Source: Bacteroidia bacterium (GTDB lineage Bacteria > Bacteroidota > Bacteroidia > UKL13-3). From it: 64,000 nucleotides of DNA. The notes under the pieces are model-generated. The model saw only the letters and a list, made by a program, of their open reading frames with translations, searched no databases and was not told the origin of the DNA. Below are positions 1 to 9,947 of this stretch, piece by piece; the first letter of the stretch is position 1; every line of letters starts with the position of its first letter. The translations under genes were made by a program, and so were the position numbers. The DNA lies in assembly GCA_019695215.1 (NCBI GenBank), contig JAIBAK010000001.1:17028-81027 (forward strand), given 5' to 3'.

Positions 1-1
1 A

Positions 2-2359
2 AAGCAGGTGCATTTGTATGGCGAGGCAAAAGTAGATTACGAAGACCTTACCCTGAGAGCGGATTATATTTACATTGATTTTAATACCAACACCGTTTAT
101 GCATTCGGCAAAAAAGATTCAGCCGGGAATTATATAGGGAGCAGCGAGTTTACACAGGGCGGGCAAAACTATAAAGTTCGCCACATGGCATACAATTTTA
201 AAACAAAAAAAGGGCGGCTTAGTGAACTGGTAACAAAAGAAGGGGAGAGCATTATTCGCGGAAACAACGTGTACAAAGATGAAAACAATAACAGTTTCAT
301 TAAAGGCGCACAATACACCACCTGCGATGCCGAACATCCGCATTTTTACATCAATGCCACCAAACTCAAGATTATTCCGGAAAAGCAGGTAATTACCGGC
401 CCTGCATTTTTAGTAATTGAAGATGTACCTACACCGGGAATTATTCCGTTCGGTTTTTTTCCCATTACCAAAAAACAAAAATCAGGAGTATTGATTCCAA
501 TGTATGGAAACTCGCCCGACCGAGGATTTTTTTTACGGGGAGGAGGGTATTATTTTGCCTTTAATGATTACCTGCATACCGAGTTGCGCGGAGATATTTA
601 CACTATGGGAAGCTGGGGCTTATACACGCACACTACCTACAAGAAACGTTACCACTACAACGGAAATTTAGATTTAAAATATTATTATAATATTCTGAAT
701 GCCGGAGATGAATTAACCAAAAGCATTTCAAAAGATTTTTGGATAACCTGGACTCACCGTGCTGACCAGAAGGCAAGCCCCAATTCGCAGTTTTCGGCCA
801 GTGTAAATGCCGGTACAAGCAATGCACTCCGTTTAAACTCATACACTCCTCAAACATTTACGCAAAATCAGTTAATCTCCACCATTTCATACAGCACCAG
901 TTTCGGGAAAAACAGGCTTTATAATTTAACATCCAACCTGTCGCATTCACAAAACACCAGTACGCACGTGGTAGAAATGAAATTGCCCGATGTGTATTTC
1001 TCGGTAAACCGGTTGACTCCTTTTCAAAATTCAACCCTGCAGCAGGGTTTTTTCAGTTCAATGGTTAAAAATCTTGGCTTACAGTACAGCGCAAGTTTCA
1101 GTAATCATATTCGCACAGTTGATAGTTTACTGTTTGACCGGAAAACCCTTGACACCATGAATTACGGAATGGTGCACTCGCTGCCCATCAATACCTCTAC
1201 TAAAATTTTCAAATACTTTTCCCTTTCACCGGCCATTACCATTACCGATTATATGTATTTGAAAACCGTAAATAAAGTGTGGGACAGCATCAATAAAAAA
1301 GAAGTGACTTTGCCGGTTAATGGTTTCCGTTCGGCTTACACCTACAGCGCTTCGGTTTCACTTACTACGCGCTTGTTTTCCATGCTGCAGTTTAAGAAAG
1401 GAAAAATCAGAGCGGTGCGGCATGTGCTCACACCTACGGTTCAATGGTATTATCAGCCCGATTTCAGTCAGTCGCGTTTTGGAAATTATAAAACGGTACA
1501 AACAGGAGAGAACGGACAAACACGCAAGTACTCCGTTTTTGAACAGGGACTATTGGGTGGCCCCGGACAGGGAAAGCAGGGAAGTATTAACTACTCGCTG
1601 ATGAATAATATTGAGATGAAAGTGATGAAAGGAAAGGATACCGCGAGGCACGAAACCAAAGTGAAAATTATCGAGTCGTTAACATTGAGCGGGAATTATA
1701 ATTTTCTGGCCGATTCATTAAAATTTTCACAAATAGGGCTCTCTACTTTTACTACGTTGTTCAGGTTTTTTCAGTTACAGTTTAATGCTGCCTTCGATCC
1801 GTATGTGTACGGGAAGGTAACCACATCCACCGGTTCATCATACATGCAGCGTTTCAATTCATTTGAGTGGAAAACCAATGGCAGGTGGGCGCGTTTAACA
1901 GGTTACCGCATTCCGTTTACCGCAACGTTAAATCCGGATATGTTTAAGAAAAACAAAAAGGGAGATGCAAAACGCGACCGGATGAAAGAATTGGGCATGA
2001 ACCCGAATGATTATATCGATTTTGATATGCCCTGGAACCTGAGTTTCTCATTTACCTACGATTATTCGAGGCCCTATAATGTGAGCACCTACACGCAAAC
2101 ACTCAATTTTTCGGGCGATGTGAGCCTTACTAAAAACTGGAAAGTGGCCTTTACATCCGGTTACGATTTCAGGAATAAAGGAATTTCGGTAACCTCTTTT
2201 GATATTCACCGCAACCTGCATTGCTGGGATTTTAGTCTGCAGTGGATTCCTTTTGGCTACCGCACCAGTTATTTCTTTACCATTAAAGTTCGCTCAAGTG
2301 CATTGCAGGAATTAAAACTTACCCGCAGGCGCGATTGGTTTGATCAGGGAGGATTCTGA
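2..2359 (+). CDS. lptD: OstA/LptD-like outer-membrane LPS-assembly protein, 5' end cut by the window edge
   Basis: The reading frame is open back to position 2. It has an OstA-like N-terminal segment (LRADYIYIDF, YNFKTKKG) followed by a long Y/F/N/S-rich beta-strand region typical of Bacteroidota LptD homologues. Confidence 0.6.
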   Translation, partial: KQVHLYGEAKVDYEDLTLRADYIYIDFNTNTVYAFGKKDSAGNYIGSSEFTQGGQNYKVRHMAYNFKTKKGRLSELVTKEGESIIRGNNVYKDENNNSFIKGAQYTTCDAEHPHFYINATKLKIIPEKQVITGPAFLVIEDVPTPGIIPFGFFPITKKQKSGVLIPMYGNSPDRGFFLRGGGYYFAFNDYLHTELRGDIYTMGSWGLYTHTTYKKRYHYNGNLDLKYYYNILNAGDELTKSISKDFWITWTHRADQKASPNSQFSASVNAGTSNALRLNSYTPQTFTQNQLISTISYSTSFGKNRLYNLTSNLSHSQNTSTHVVEMKLPDVYFSVNRLTPFQNSTLQQGFFSSMVKNLGLQYSASFSNHIRTVDSLLFDRKTLDTMNYGMVHSLPINTSTKIFKYFSLSPAITITDYMYLKTVNKVWDSINKKEVTLPVNGFRSAYTYSASVSLTTRLFSMLQFKKGKIRAVRHVLTPTVQWYYQPDFSQSRFGNYKTVQTGENGQTRKYSVFEQGLLGGPGQGKQGSINYSLMNNIEMKVMKGKDTARHETKVKIIESLTLSGNYNFLADSLKFSQIGLSTFTTLFRFFQLQFNAAFDPYVYGKVTTSTGSSYMQRFNSFEWKTNGRWARLTGYRIPFTATLNPDMFKKNKKGDAKRDRMKELGMNPNDYIDFDMPWNLSFSFTYDYSRPYNVSTYTQTLNFSGDVSLTKNWKVAFTSGYDFRNKGISVTSFDIHRNLHCWDFSLQWIPFGYRTSYFFTIKVRSSALQELKLTRRRDWFDQGGF

Positions 2360-2390
2360 TTGATTCTATTTTTACTGCCCCGACTTATTA

Positions 2391-2765
2391 TTATTCAGCA
2401 AAAAACGGATAGAAGGCATCTTCGATATGAGTTATACGGGTTTCATTTCCGTTAAGAACAACTGAAATCACATCAAAACGCATTTCCCCTTTATGTCCGG
2501 CTTTTTCAAGGTAAGCTTCGGCAGCACGTGCAAGTTTTTTTTGTTTGAGCGGAGTTACGGCCAATTCAGGTTCACCAAAAACAGAGGTGCTGCGTGTTTT
2601 TACTTCAGCAATCACTAATGTTTGATGATGCGAGGCAATAATATCTATCTCTTCATGCACATTGCGCCAGTTGCGCTCTACAATTACATATCCCTTTTTT
2701 AACAGGAAATCTGCAGCAAGTTGTTCTCCCTTTTCACCCAATGCAAGGTGATCTGCCTTTTTCAT
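2391..2765 (-). CDS. yraN: YraN-family (UPF0102) endonuclease-like protein
   Basis: 124 aa. GEKGEQLAADFLLKKGY..., EIDIIA and EVKTRS motifs are characteristic of the YraN/UPF0102 family. Confidence 0.8.
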   Translation of the reverse strand: MKKADHLALGEKGEQLAADFLLKKGYVIVERNWRNVHEEIDIIASHHQTLVIAEVKTRSTSVFGEPELAVTPLKQKKLARAAEAYLEKAGHKGEMRFDVISVVLNGNETRITHIEDAFYPFFAE

Positions 2766-2781
2766 CAGCGGGCGATAAAGT

Positions 2782-5700
2782 TTAGTGCTGTACGCTTACA
2801 ATGGTATGGTGCACCATTACCCCGTTCTTTTTCAGTGTTACCACATATAAACCCGACTGCAATGCGGATAAATCAATTTTAGCCGCGTGCTGAAGTTGAG
2901 TGGTGCGAATCACACTTCCAAGCATATTTCCAATTTCCACCTGCAGCATTTCCTGCTCGGTTGATTCAATAATCAATAATCCGTTTTGAACAGGATTTGG
3001 GTACACTTTGAATACATCGGAAGTGAAAACAGGAGCAACCGAAACAGGAGCTACTTTAACAAAGGAGGTGGCAGCTCCCACGCACCCGTTGGCATCTGTT
3101 CCAACAGCTACGTAAGTTGTAGTCACTACTGGCGATGCATTCACGGTAGCGCCCGTGGTGGTGTTTAATCCGGCAGGTGGAGTCCAAGTAAATGTAACGG
3201 CTCCGCTGGCTGTGAGTTGAACGGATTCTCCAACTAAAATAAAACTATTATTAGGGTTGATACTGATAGTTGGACTCGGGTGAACGGTAACCTGAACAAG
3301 TCCGGTATCGGTACATCCGTTATTATCTGTTCCGGTTACCGTGTACAAAGTGTTGGCTGATGGTTTGGCATACACCGAAGCCGAAGTGGTGTTGCTTAAT
3401 CCGGTTGAAGGACTCCATGCATATGCAACGATATTAGTTCCGCTGGCAGTAAGTTGAACACTGTCGCCAATACAAATTCCCGCTGTAGCAGAGCTTGCTG
3501 AAACATTAGGGTTGGCATATACCGTAATCAGGTTGGTAAATGTTTGAGTATTGGGTCCTACAACATTGGTTGCGGTAAGCGTTACACTGTAAGTTCCGGC
3601 TGCATTGAATTTTACAGATGGAGATTGTGTGCTGTCATTTGTTGAACTCACAAAAGTTACTGTTGCCGGATTAAAACTCCAGCTCCACTTAGAAGGATAG
3701 TTTGTAGATTGTTCGGTAAAATTAACGGTACTGCCTTCGCAAATAGTGCTGTCGCTTGCCGAGAATTTGATAACAGGTACGCTGGTTGGGTTGGTGTATA
3801 AATCAGATTCCCATAAACCACGGCCATAAGTAGCGGCACGAATACGGCTGTTTAGATGATTGAGGTTATCGTACCATATTTCCAACTCGGTAATTTCAGA
3901 GGTAGCAGGAAGTCCCTGTTTAAAAGCAACCCAATCACTCATGCTCGAGTCGCGGTAGAACACTCCCAAATCGCTTCCTACATACAAAGCTTCGGCTCCT
4001 TTTACATCTATAGTTATGCAATTCATGGCCACATTCGGAAGAGTGCCTGATATATTGGTCCATGACTGTCCTCTGTTTACCGAACGGTAAACTTTATTGT
4101 TAATGGTCATGTAAACTACGCTGTCTTTTGCGGGATGTGTTTCGATATCGGTAGCAGTTGCGTTAACAGGCAGCGTTGAGGTGAGATCAATCCATGATGG
4201 AGTAGTAGCAAGGGCACTGTCTGTTCTGAAAAGTTTATTGTCTTCACGCACCACGTACAACACATTCATATTGGTACGCGATTGTTCAAGCACTTTTATA
4301 TTTTTTGAATTGCTTGCCCCCAGATTATCTGAAATTTTAGTGAATGATGGTGTTCCTGCTTTTGCATTAGTGGTGCGCCAAATATTTTTATATCCGATAA
4401 ACATGATATTGGAGTTGGAGCGGTGCAGAATAAAAGGAGTAACCCAGGCACCGGATTCATTAATTCCATTTATCCCGTTTCCGGCAAAATTTCCGAACGA
4501 AGAACCTTTGTTGGTAGAGCGATCAATGTCTCCGTAGTATAATTCACCCCACATGTAATTATCATTGGTAGGATCTATTACACATTCCATCCCGTCACCC
4601 CCCATTTCGGTTGACCATGCATTGGTATTATATATGGCTGTCCCATTATCCTGAAATCCGGCAATCACTAAATTTTTTGTCAGCTTGCTCTGACCTATTT
4701 TGTATATCTGTCCAATGGCAAGTCCGCTGCTTATATCGGTCCAGGTAGAACCTCCGTTTGAAGTGTAATAAATACCTCCATCATTTCCTGCATACAATCT
4801 GTTGGTTGCTTTTGCAATGGTCATACAATGCTGGTCGGCATGGATATCAGGAGCGTTTGTACCAACCCAGTGTGCATTGATGCTCCAGTTTTGTCCCCCG
4901 TCAGTTGATTTGAAAATATTCACTCCTCCCACGTAAATCACATTTTCGTTGGCGGTATCTACTGCCATACACAGGTCGTACCAGGCCTGTCCTTTGGTCG
5001 TGTCACTTCCTGTATCTGAGTAATCCATAATATTTGGTGAATTGGAGCGAAGCGAAAAAGAAAGTCCGCTGTCTGACGACATATAACAGCCACGGAAAGT
5101 CCGCTGGTTGGTTGCTATTACATATACTTTGTTTTTGTTGGCCGGTGTTACCCCTATTACCATGCGTACACTGCCCGATGGAATACCTGAACTGATAATA
5201 GACCAGGTTTCGCCTCCGTTAGCTGAGCGATAAAAAAATCCTGAAGCTGTGGCAAACATAATGGTGGTATCTCCGGGTCGGTAATGAATATCTTTAAAAC
5301 TGCTAACGGTAGATTTCCGGGTCCAGTTGGCACCACCATTATACGATTTATAAACACCACCGCTTGTTGCTGCAAAAATTACATTCGGGGTTATCGGGTT
5401 TTGTACCATTGCGCCCACCGTGAGGCCTGCACTCATTCCGGTGCTTGATGTTGTCCAGCTGTTGCCGCCATCGGTACTTTTCATTACCCCAATTCCATTT
5501 GCATCAGATGCATCACGGTCACCGGTTCCAATCCACATATTTGACGGATTACTCTGGTCAATGAGAATAGACGAAACTCCAAGTGTTGGCAACATATCGG
5601 TATTGCTTGTCCAGTTAGCTCCGTGGTTGGTTGTTTTCCATAAACCTCCTGCCGGAGCCCCGATAAAAATAATATTTCCGTTGGTTGGGTGAACAGCAAT

Positions 5701-6138
5701 GGCCGCAACCCGTCCTAATCCGTTTGGTTGCCCGGTGCCGTTGGTTGGTAAAGGTCTTGGGCCAAGTTCCTGCCAGTTTCCGGTTACCGATGCGGTAGAA
5801 TACAAACTATTCCAGCTTCCAAAATAGTTAAGGTACTCATTCAGGTTATGCTCGGGTGCCGGACGTGTTCCGTCAGGATTTACACGGGTGCTCATGTAAT
5901 ATTCCCATCTTTTAAATGGTTTGTAACTTCCCGTTTTACTATGGTTTCGATTCGTCCAGTATTTTTCAAAGGCACGCTGAACGTCAAAAAAATTCACGTT
6001 ACGGTTGGCCATCATATCAATATAATACGGGTAGTTGAAGGTGTCATCAACCGATGTGGTAAAATTTGTTTGCTGTGCAAACAATGAAGCGGTAAAAGCC
6101 AGTTGGCTAAAAAGAATTATAAGTAAATGTTTTTTCAT
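2782..6138 (-). CDS. Secreted BNR/Asp-box repeat protein with PKD/Ig-like tandem domains and a T9SS C-terminal sorting domain
   Basis: Multiple SxDxGxxW Asp-boxes (STDGGNSW, SANGGETW, STDGGQNW, TSNGGSTW, SVNRGQSW). It has repeated ~60-aa Ig-like modules ending in NGC and a C-terminal YPNP...GLYVVTL CTD. A signal peptide (MKKHLLIILFSQLAFTASLFAQ) favours the ATG at 6138 over 6159. Confidence 0.75.
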   Translation of the reverse strand: MKKHLLIILFSQLAFTASLFAQQTNFTTSVDDTFNYPYYIDMMANRNVNFFDVQRAFEKYWTNRNHSKTGSYKPFKRWEYYMSTRVNPDGTRPAPEHNLNEYLNYFGSWNSLYSTASVTGNWQELGPRPLPTNGTGQPNGLGRVAAIAVHPTNGNIIFIGAPAGGLWKTTNHGANWTSNTDMLPTLGVSSILIDQSNPSNMWIGTGDRDASDANGIGVMKSTDGGNSWTTSSTGMSAGLTVGAMVQNPITPNVIFAATSGGVYKSYNGGANWTRKSTVSSFKDIHYRPGDTTIMFATASGFFYRSANGGETWSIISSGIPSGSVRMVIGVTPANKNKVYVIATNQRTFRGCYMSSDSGLSFSLRSNSPNIMDYSDTGSDTTKGQAWYDLCMAVDTANENVIYVGGVNIFKSTDGGQNWSINAHWVGTNAPDIHADQHCMTIAKATNRLYAGNDGGIYYTSNGGSTWTDISSGLAIGQIYKIGQSKLTKNLVIAGFQDNGTAIYNTNAWSTEMGGDGMECVIDPTNDNYMWGELYYGDIDRSTNKGSSFGNFAGNGINGINESGAWVTPFILHRSNSNIMFIGYKNIWRTTNAKAGTPSFTKISDNLGASNSKNIKVLEQSRTNMNVLYVVREDNKLFRTDSALATTPSWIDLTSTLPVNATATDIETHPAKDSVVYMTINNKVYRSVNRGQSWTNISGTLPNVAMNCITIDVKGAEALYVGSDLGVFYRDSSMSDWVAFKQGLPATSEITELEIWYDNLNHLNSRIRAATYGRGLWESDLYTNPTSVPVIKFSASDSTICEGSTVNFTEQSTNYPSKWSWSFNPATVTFVSSTNDSTQSPSVKFNAAGTYSVTLTATNVVGPNTQTFTNLITVYANPNVSASSATAGICIGDSVQLTASGTNIVAYAWSPSTGLSNTTSASVYAKPSANTLYTVTGTDNNGCTDTGLVQVTVHPSPTISINPNNSFILVGESVQLTASGAVTFTWTPPAGLNTTTGATVNASPVVTTTYVAVGTDANGCVGAATSFVKVAPVSVAPVFTSDVFKVYPNPVQNGLLIIESTEQEMLQVEIGNMLGSVIRTTQLQHAAKIDLSALQSGLYVVTLKKNGVMVHHTIVSVQH

Positions 6139-6160
6139 GATGTGCTGAGAATAAAGCAAT

Positions 6161-6168
6161 CAAAGATA
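6161..6168 (-). promoter_or_regulatory. Candidate Bacteroidota -7 promoter box (TATCTTTG) for the BNR/T9SS gene
   Basis: The minus strand reads TATCTTTG, an exact match to TAnnTTTG, 22 nt upstream of the ATG at 6138 and downstream of the alternative ATG at 6159. Confidence 0.35.
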
Positions 6169-6175
6169 GTTGAAA

Positions 6176-7570
6176 TCAATCGAGTTTACCACTCAATACT
6201 TTATCCAGAAAAGGGATGGTAAGGCTGTAAGGATGTCCTTTATAAATGACTTTTCCTTTCGGGTTGATAATGTAAGTGGCAGGGAAATCCCAAAGTTGAA
6301 AGGCTTTTTCAAAATCGTTATTTACCGGAATATATTGATTGCCTGTGAGTGTGTCGCTGGTCATAAGGGCTATCCATTTTTTGGGGTCAGTTCCCAGCGC
6401 TATATGGGCCAGGTAAATCCATTGTTTGTCTTTGTTAAAAAAACGAACAACCCGCTCCAGCGTATCGCACAAACTTCGGGAAGTGGTATTGGAAGGCGAC
6501 CACGTATTCAGCAAGATATATTTTGGCGGAAATGCTTTTGTGGGAAATTTAACTCCTTTCTTATCCATCAGCCAGATATTTGGAATATCATTTTTAAGAA
6601 GAGGATGCTGGTATCCGTCATTAATGCGTTTCACCAAATTTAATTGCGGGTGGTTGGGGTTGTTTTTTATAAACTCATCAAGCTCCAGTTTAATAATAGC
6701 TGTTGAGGCCGAGTCTTTATAGGATGGGTCACGGTTGGTGTACAAAAGCTGAAGCATGATTTCAGCATAGATATGTTTAGGAAGGTTTCTTTTGGAAGCC
6801 GACACTATTTTATATACATCCAAAAATATCGGATCGGGAAGCGACCCGTCTTTAATTCGCTCTTTCATTACCGAATCATACACTGCTGTCAGAAAATAAT
6901 TGCTCACGTAATTCGCATAAAGCAAAAATCCGCAATATTTTTCCTGTGGCGGAAGGTACTTTTTCAGTAAAGGATCTTTTCCGCTGCTAAATAGAATTTT
7001 TCCGGTTACCGAATCAATCAAATGCTCTTTAAGTTTTACAGTTTCCAAATCGGTTATCAGTTGGGTGTATTCATCCGTTCCTATTCCGGGAATAGATTTT
7101 ACGGCAGCGGTAAATTTCAGGAGCTCTTTTTCGTAGTTCAACAGGGTAATTGCAGATTCTGTTTTTTTAGAGATGGCACTTATTTTTTCAAAGGCTTTGC
7201 ACCTTACACACAACCCGTCAATGGCCCATTCATTTCCTTTTTTTAAAGGGTCGAAAATGGCAGTGAGTTTACAGTCGTTAAAAAGAAAAAAATTATATCG
7301 GTAATACGTTTTTCTGTACTCCAGAACCAGTAAACATTGTGACGGGAACGCCAGTTGCCCCCGGTAATAAATTCTCCCGGTTGAGTCAGCCTTTAATTCA
7401 TTGGCTACCGAGTTGAGCGTAGTAAAAAGAGTGATTCTTCCGGTAGCCGGAGGGATTAATTTTACTGTGATATCAAACGAAAAAGCAAAAGAGAATACGC
7501 TTGTAAAAAGGAAGCAAAGCGTAAGGGAAAAATTACGAAGTCCTCTTTTATTTCGACTTAAGCAAATCAC
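6176..7570 (-). CDS. TlpA/thioredoxin-fold family protein lacking the CxxC active site
   Basis: The C-terminal ~110 aa follow the TlpA/AhpC-TSA pattern (ILLNTW....L...L..., [21 protein letters not shown]). The position of WCGPC reads WSPSNTTS. The N-terminus has a signal-like hydrophobic segment. Confidence 0.55.
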   Translation of the reverse strand: MICLSRNKRGLRNFSLTLCFLFTSVFSFAFSFDITVKLIPPATGRITLFTTLNSVANELKADSTGRIYYRGQLAFPSQCLLVLEYRKTYYRYNFFLFNDCKLTAIFDPLKKGNEWAIDGLCVRCKAFEKISAISKKTESAITLLNYEKELLKFTAAVKSIPGIGTDEYTQLITDLETVKLKEHLIDSVTGKILFSSGKDPLLKKYLPPQEKYCGFLLYANYVSNYFLTAVYDSVMKERIKDGSLPDPIFLDVYKIVSASKRNLPKHIYAEIMLQLLYTNRDPSYKDSASTAIIKLELDEFIKNNPNHPQLNLVKRINDGYQHPLLKNDIPNIWLMDKKGVKFPTKAFPPKYILLNTWSPSNTTSRSLCDTLERVVRFFNKDKQWIYLAHIALGTDPKKWIALMTSDTLTGNQYIPVNNDFEKAFQLWDFPATYIINPKGKVIYKGHPYSLTIPFLDKVLSGKLD

Positions 7571-7931
7571 GAATTTCGGTGAGTAATTGTTCTTCCTTAC
7601 TTGGTGCAGGCGGGGCAGGTTGTGCGGCAGCTTCTTCTTTGCGCTTAAGATTATTCATTCCTTTTATTATCAAAAACATTACAAAGGCAATGATGATAAA
7701 ATCAATGGTAGCTCCTATAAATAAACCGTATTTTAACTCGGCATCACCTACTTTAATAGCTAACGAGGCGAAATTTACTCCCTGTAGTAAAATGCCCACC
7801 AAAGGCATCAATAAATTATCTACCAGTGAGCTGACGATTTTACCAAAAGCTCCACCAATAATAACACCGATGGCTAAATCCATAACATTGCCCTTCATGG
7901 CAAATTCTTTAAACTCTTTTATCATGCTCAT
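7548..7931 (-). CDS. mscL: Large-conductance mechanosensitive channel MscL
   Basis: 127 aa. [40 protein letters not shown] is the canonical MscL N-terminus and TM1. Confidence 0.9.
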   Translation of the reverse strand: MSMIKEFKEFAMKGNVMDLAIGVIIGGAFGKIVSSLVDNLLMPLVGILLQGVNFASLAIKVGDAELKYGLFIGATIDFIIIAFVMFLIIKGMNNLKRKEEAAAQPAPPAPSKEEQLLTEIRDLLKSK

Positions 7932-7952
7932 AACTTAATTTATTTTAGGTGA

Positions 7953-7960
7953 CAAATTTA
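7953..7960 (-). promoter_or_regulatory. Candidate -7 promoter box (TAAATTTG) for mscL
   Basis: The minus strand reads TAAATTTG (TAnnTTTG), 22 nt upstream of the mscL ATG at 7931. Confidence 0.3.
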
Positions 7961-7998
7961 GGACTGCCCGCGACAATTCCAATTTTGTGAGCACTGCA

Positions 7999-8057
7999 CC
8001 ACTTTTTGTCCATTTAGGCTGGTTAAAACCGGTTTTTATGGGAATCTCCCCCACTTT
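7999..8057 (-). promoter_or_regulatory. Two inverted-orientation AAAGTGG boxes (MraZ-box-like)
   Basis: CCACTTT occurs at 7999-8005 and 8051-8057 on the + strand, which is AAAGTGG on the - strand. The two copies are 52 bp apart. Confidence 0.35.
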
Positions 8058-8123
8058 TTTATTCTGCTGATTTTCAGAAGTTTTAATTATTTAAAACCCA
8101 TGTTTTGCACAATATTTATCCAC

Positions 8124-8150
8124 AAAGTGGAGTTATGTGGTTTAAAGTGG
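8124..8150 (+). promoter_or_regulatory. Putative MraZ operator: three direct GTGG-containing boxes at exact 10-bp phasing
   Basis: AAAGTGG (8124-8130), TATGTGG (8134-8140) and AAAGTGG (8144-8150). The last box ends 43 bp upstream of the mraZ ATG. Confidence 0.6.
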
Positions 8151-8192
8151 AGAAAAGTTCCATAATTTTACCCATCAAAACAACTGCAAAAA

Positions 8193-8663
8193 ATGTCCAT
8201 GTTTCTCGGTGAGTTTGAGTGTAAACTGGATGCGAAGGGTCGCATAATCCTTCCGTCTGTCTTGCGGAAACAGCTTCCGCAAGAAGCCGCAGAACGTTTG
8301 GTGGTGAACCGCGGATTTGAAAAGTGCCTGGTGATATACCCCAAAAACGAATGGGATTTAATTACCGCTGAACTGGCAAAACAGAATTCGTACAATGCCC
8401 GTACCCGCGAGTTCATCCGGTATTTTACCAGAGGGGCAACGGAACTGGTGATGGATAATGCAGGCCGCATTTTGGTGCCTAAACCTTTGCAGGAGTATGC
8501 TGCACTTAAAACAGAAATTATTCTCTCTTCTCAACTCAATAAAATTGAAATCTGGTCTAAAGAATCATACGACAGGTTACTGAGTAATGAGCCTGAAGAC
8601 TTCGCCCGACTGGCCGAGGAAGTAATGGGCAACAAAGACAAAGACAGGAGGCAGAATGATTGA
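8193..8663 (+). CDS. mraZ: Transcriptional regulator MraZ
   Basis: FLGEFECKLDAKGRIILPSVLRKQL and a second AGRILVPKPL SpoVT/AbrB-like repeat. It is the first gene of the dcw cluster. Confidence 0.92.
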   Translation: MSMFLGEFECKLDAKGRIILPSVLRKQLPQEAAERLVVNRGFEKCLVIYPKNEWDLITAELAKQNSYNARTREFIRYFTRGATELVMDNAGRILVPKPLQEYAALKTEIILSSQLNKIEIWSKESYDRLLSNEPEDFARLAEEVMGNKDKDRRQND

Positions 8664-9558
8664 GTACCATGTACCGGTGCTTCTTAACGAATGCATCAAG
8701 GGACTCAACATTAACCCCGAAGGAATTATTGTCGATGTAACATACGGAGGAGGCGGCCACTCAAAAGAAATTCTTAAACAATTAACTTCAGGGAAACTTA
8801 TTGCATTTGATCAGGATTCCGATGCGCATAAAAACGCAATCAATGATAATCATTTCACTCTGGTTGAAAGCAATTTTGAGCACCTGAAAAATCAACTGCG
8901 TTTTGCCGGTGCCATTCCGGTAGACGGGATTCTGGCAGATTTGGGAGTTTCATCACATCAGTTTGATGAGGCTTCGCGCGGTTTCTCTTTCCGGTTTGAC
9001 GAAGCCGAATTAGATATGCGCATGGATCAGCAACAAAGTCTTTCGGCTAAGCAAATAATAAATACCTATACCGAAGCTCAGCTGGCCGATTTGTTTTTTT
9101 TCTACGGAGAACTGAAAAATGCGCGAAAAATAGCTAAGGCCATTATTGTAAAACGCGCAGTAAAACCAATCGATACCGTAGGTGAGTTAAAATCATGTCT
9201 GCTGCCGTTTGCTCCCAAATTTAAAGACTACAAATTTTTTGCTCAGGTATTTCAGGCATTACGTATTGAGGTAAATAATGAGATGGGCGCATTGAAAGCA
9301 TTGCTTGAACAAAGTGCCGATGTAATTAAAAAAGGCGGACGTCTGGTAGTGATTTCCTACCATTCGCTTGAGGATAAACTGGTAAAAAATTACATGAACA
9401 AAGGAAAGTTTGAAGGTGATACCGAGAAGGATTTTTATGGAAATGAAATAAAACCATTTCACCCGCTCAACCGGAAAGCTATAGTGCCCGATGCCGAAGA
9501 GATGACTAAAAACCCGCGTTCACGAAGTGCCAAACTGCGAATTGCTGAAAAAATATGA
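8656..9558 (+). CDS. rsmH: 16S rRNA (cytosine1402-N4)-methyltransferase RsmH/MraW
   Basis: HVPVLLNE, DVTYGGGGHS, DLGVSSHQFD and SYHSLEDK motifs. It overlaps the mraZ stop by 8 nt. Confidence 0.93.
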   Translation: MIEYHVPVLLNECIKGLNINPEGIIVDVTYGGGGHSKEILKQLTSGKLIAFDQDSDAHKNAINDNHFTLVESNFEHLKNQLRFAGAIPVDGILADLGVSSHQFDEASRGFSFRFDEAELDMRMDQQQSLSAKQIINTYTEAQLADLFFFYGELKNARKIAKAIIVKRAVKPIDTVGELKSCLLPFAPKFKDYKFFAQVFQALRIEVNNEMGALKALLEQSADVIKKGGRLVVISYHSLEDKLVKNYMNKGKFEGDTEKDFYGNEIKPFHPLNRKAIVPDAEEMTKNPRSRSAKLRIAEKI

Positions 9559-9947
9559 ATCAGCTGAAAGAAGAAATAGAAAAGGAAACAAAAAAGGAGG
9601 AGCCTAAAAAATCAACGGCCGGAGCGCAAATGGCAAAGGTAGCTGACTTTGATTTTTTCCTTACCCGGGATAATGTGCAGGGCATGTTCCCCACTATTCT
9701 GTTTGCAGCATCATTAGCCATATTCTATATAGCCAATGCCCATTTTACAGAGAAAACCATAAGGCAAAGCGATAAAATGGCCAAAGAAATTAAAGAACTG
9801 CGTTCAGAATATATCACCATCAAGTCGGATTTGATGTTTAACAGCAAACAAAGCGAAGTGTTGAAACGGCTTGCACCTGAAACGGGAATAAAAGTATTGA
9901 TCAATCCACCTAAAAAAATAACCATACCAGCACAGAATGAACATTAA
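9555..9947 (+). CDS. ftsL: FtsL-like bitopic cell-division protein
   Basis: 130 aa with a single TM (MFPTILFAASLAIFYIANAHF) followed by a coiled-coil-like segment. The position between rsmH and ftsI supports the call, and its ATGA overlaps the rsmH stop. Confidence 0.6.
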   Translation: MNQLKEEIEKETKKEEPKKSTAGAQMAKVADFDFFLTRDNVQGMFPTILFAASLAIFYIANAHFTEKTIRQSDKMAKEIKELRSEYITIKSDLMFNSKQSEVLKRLAPETGIKVLINPPKKITIPAQNEH

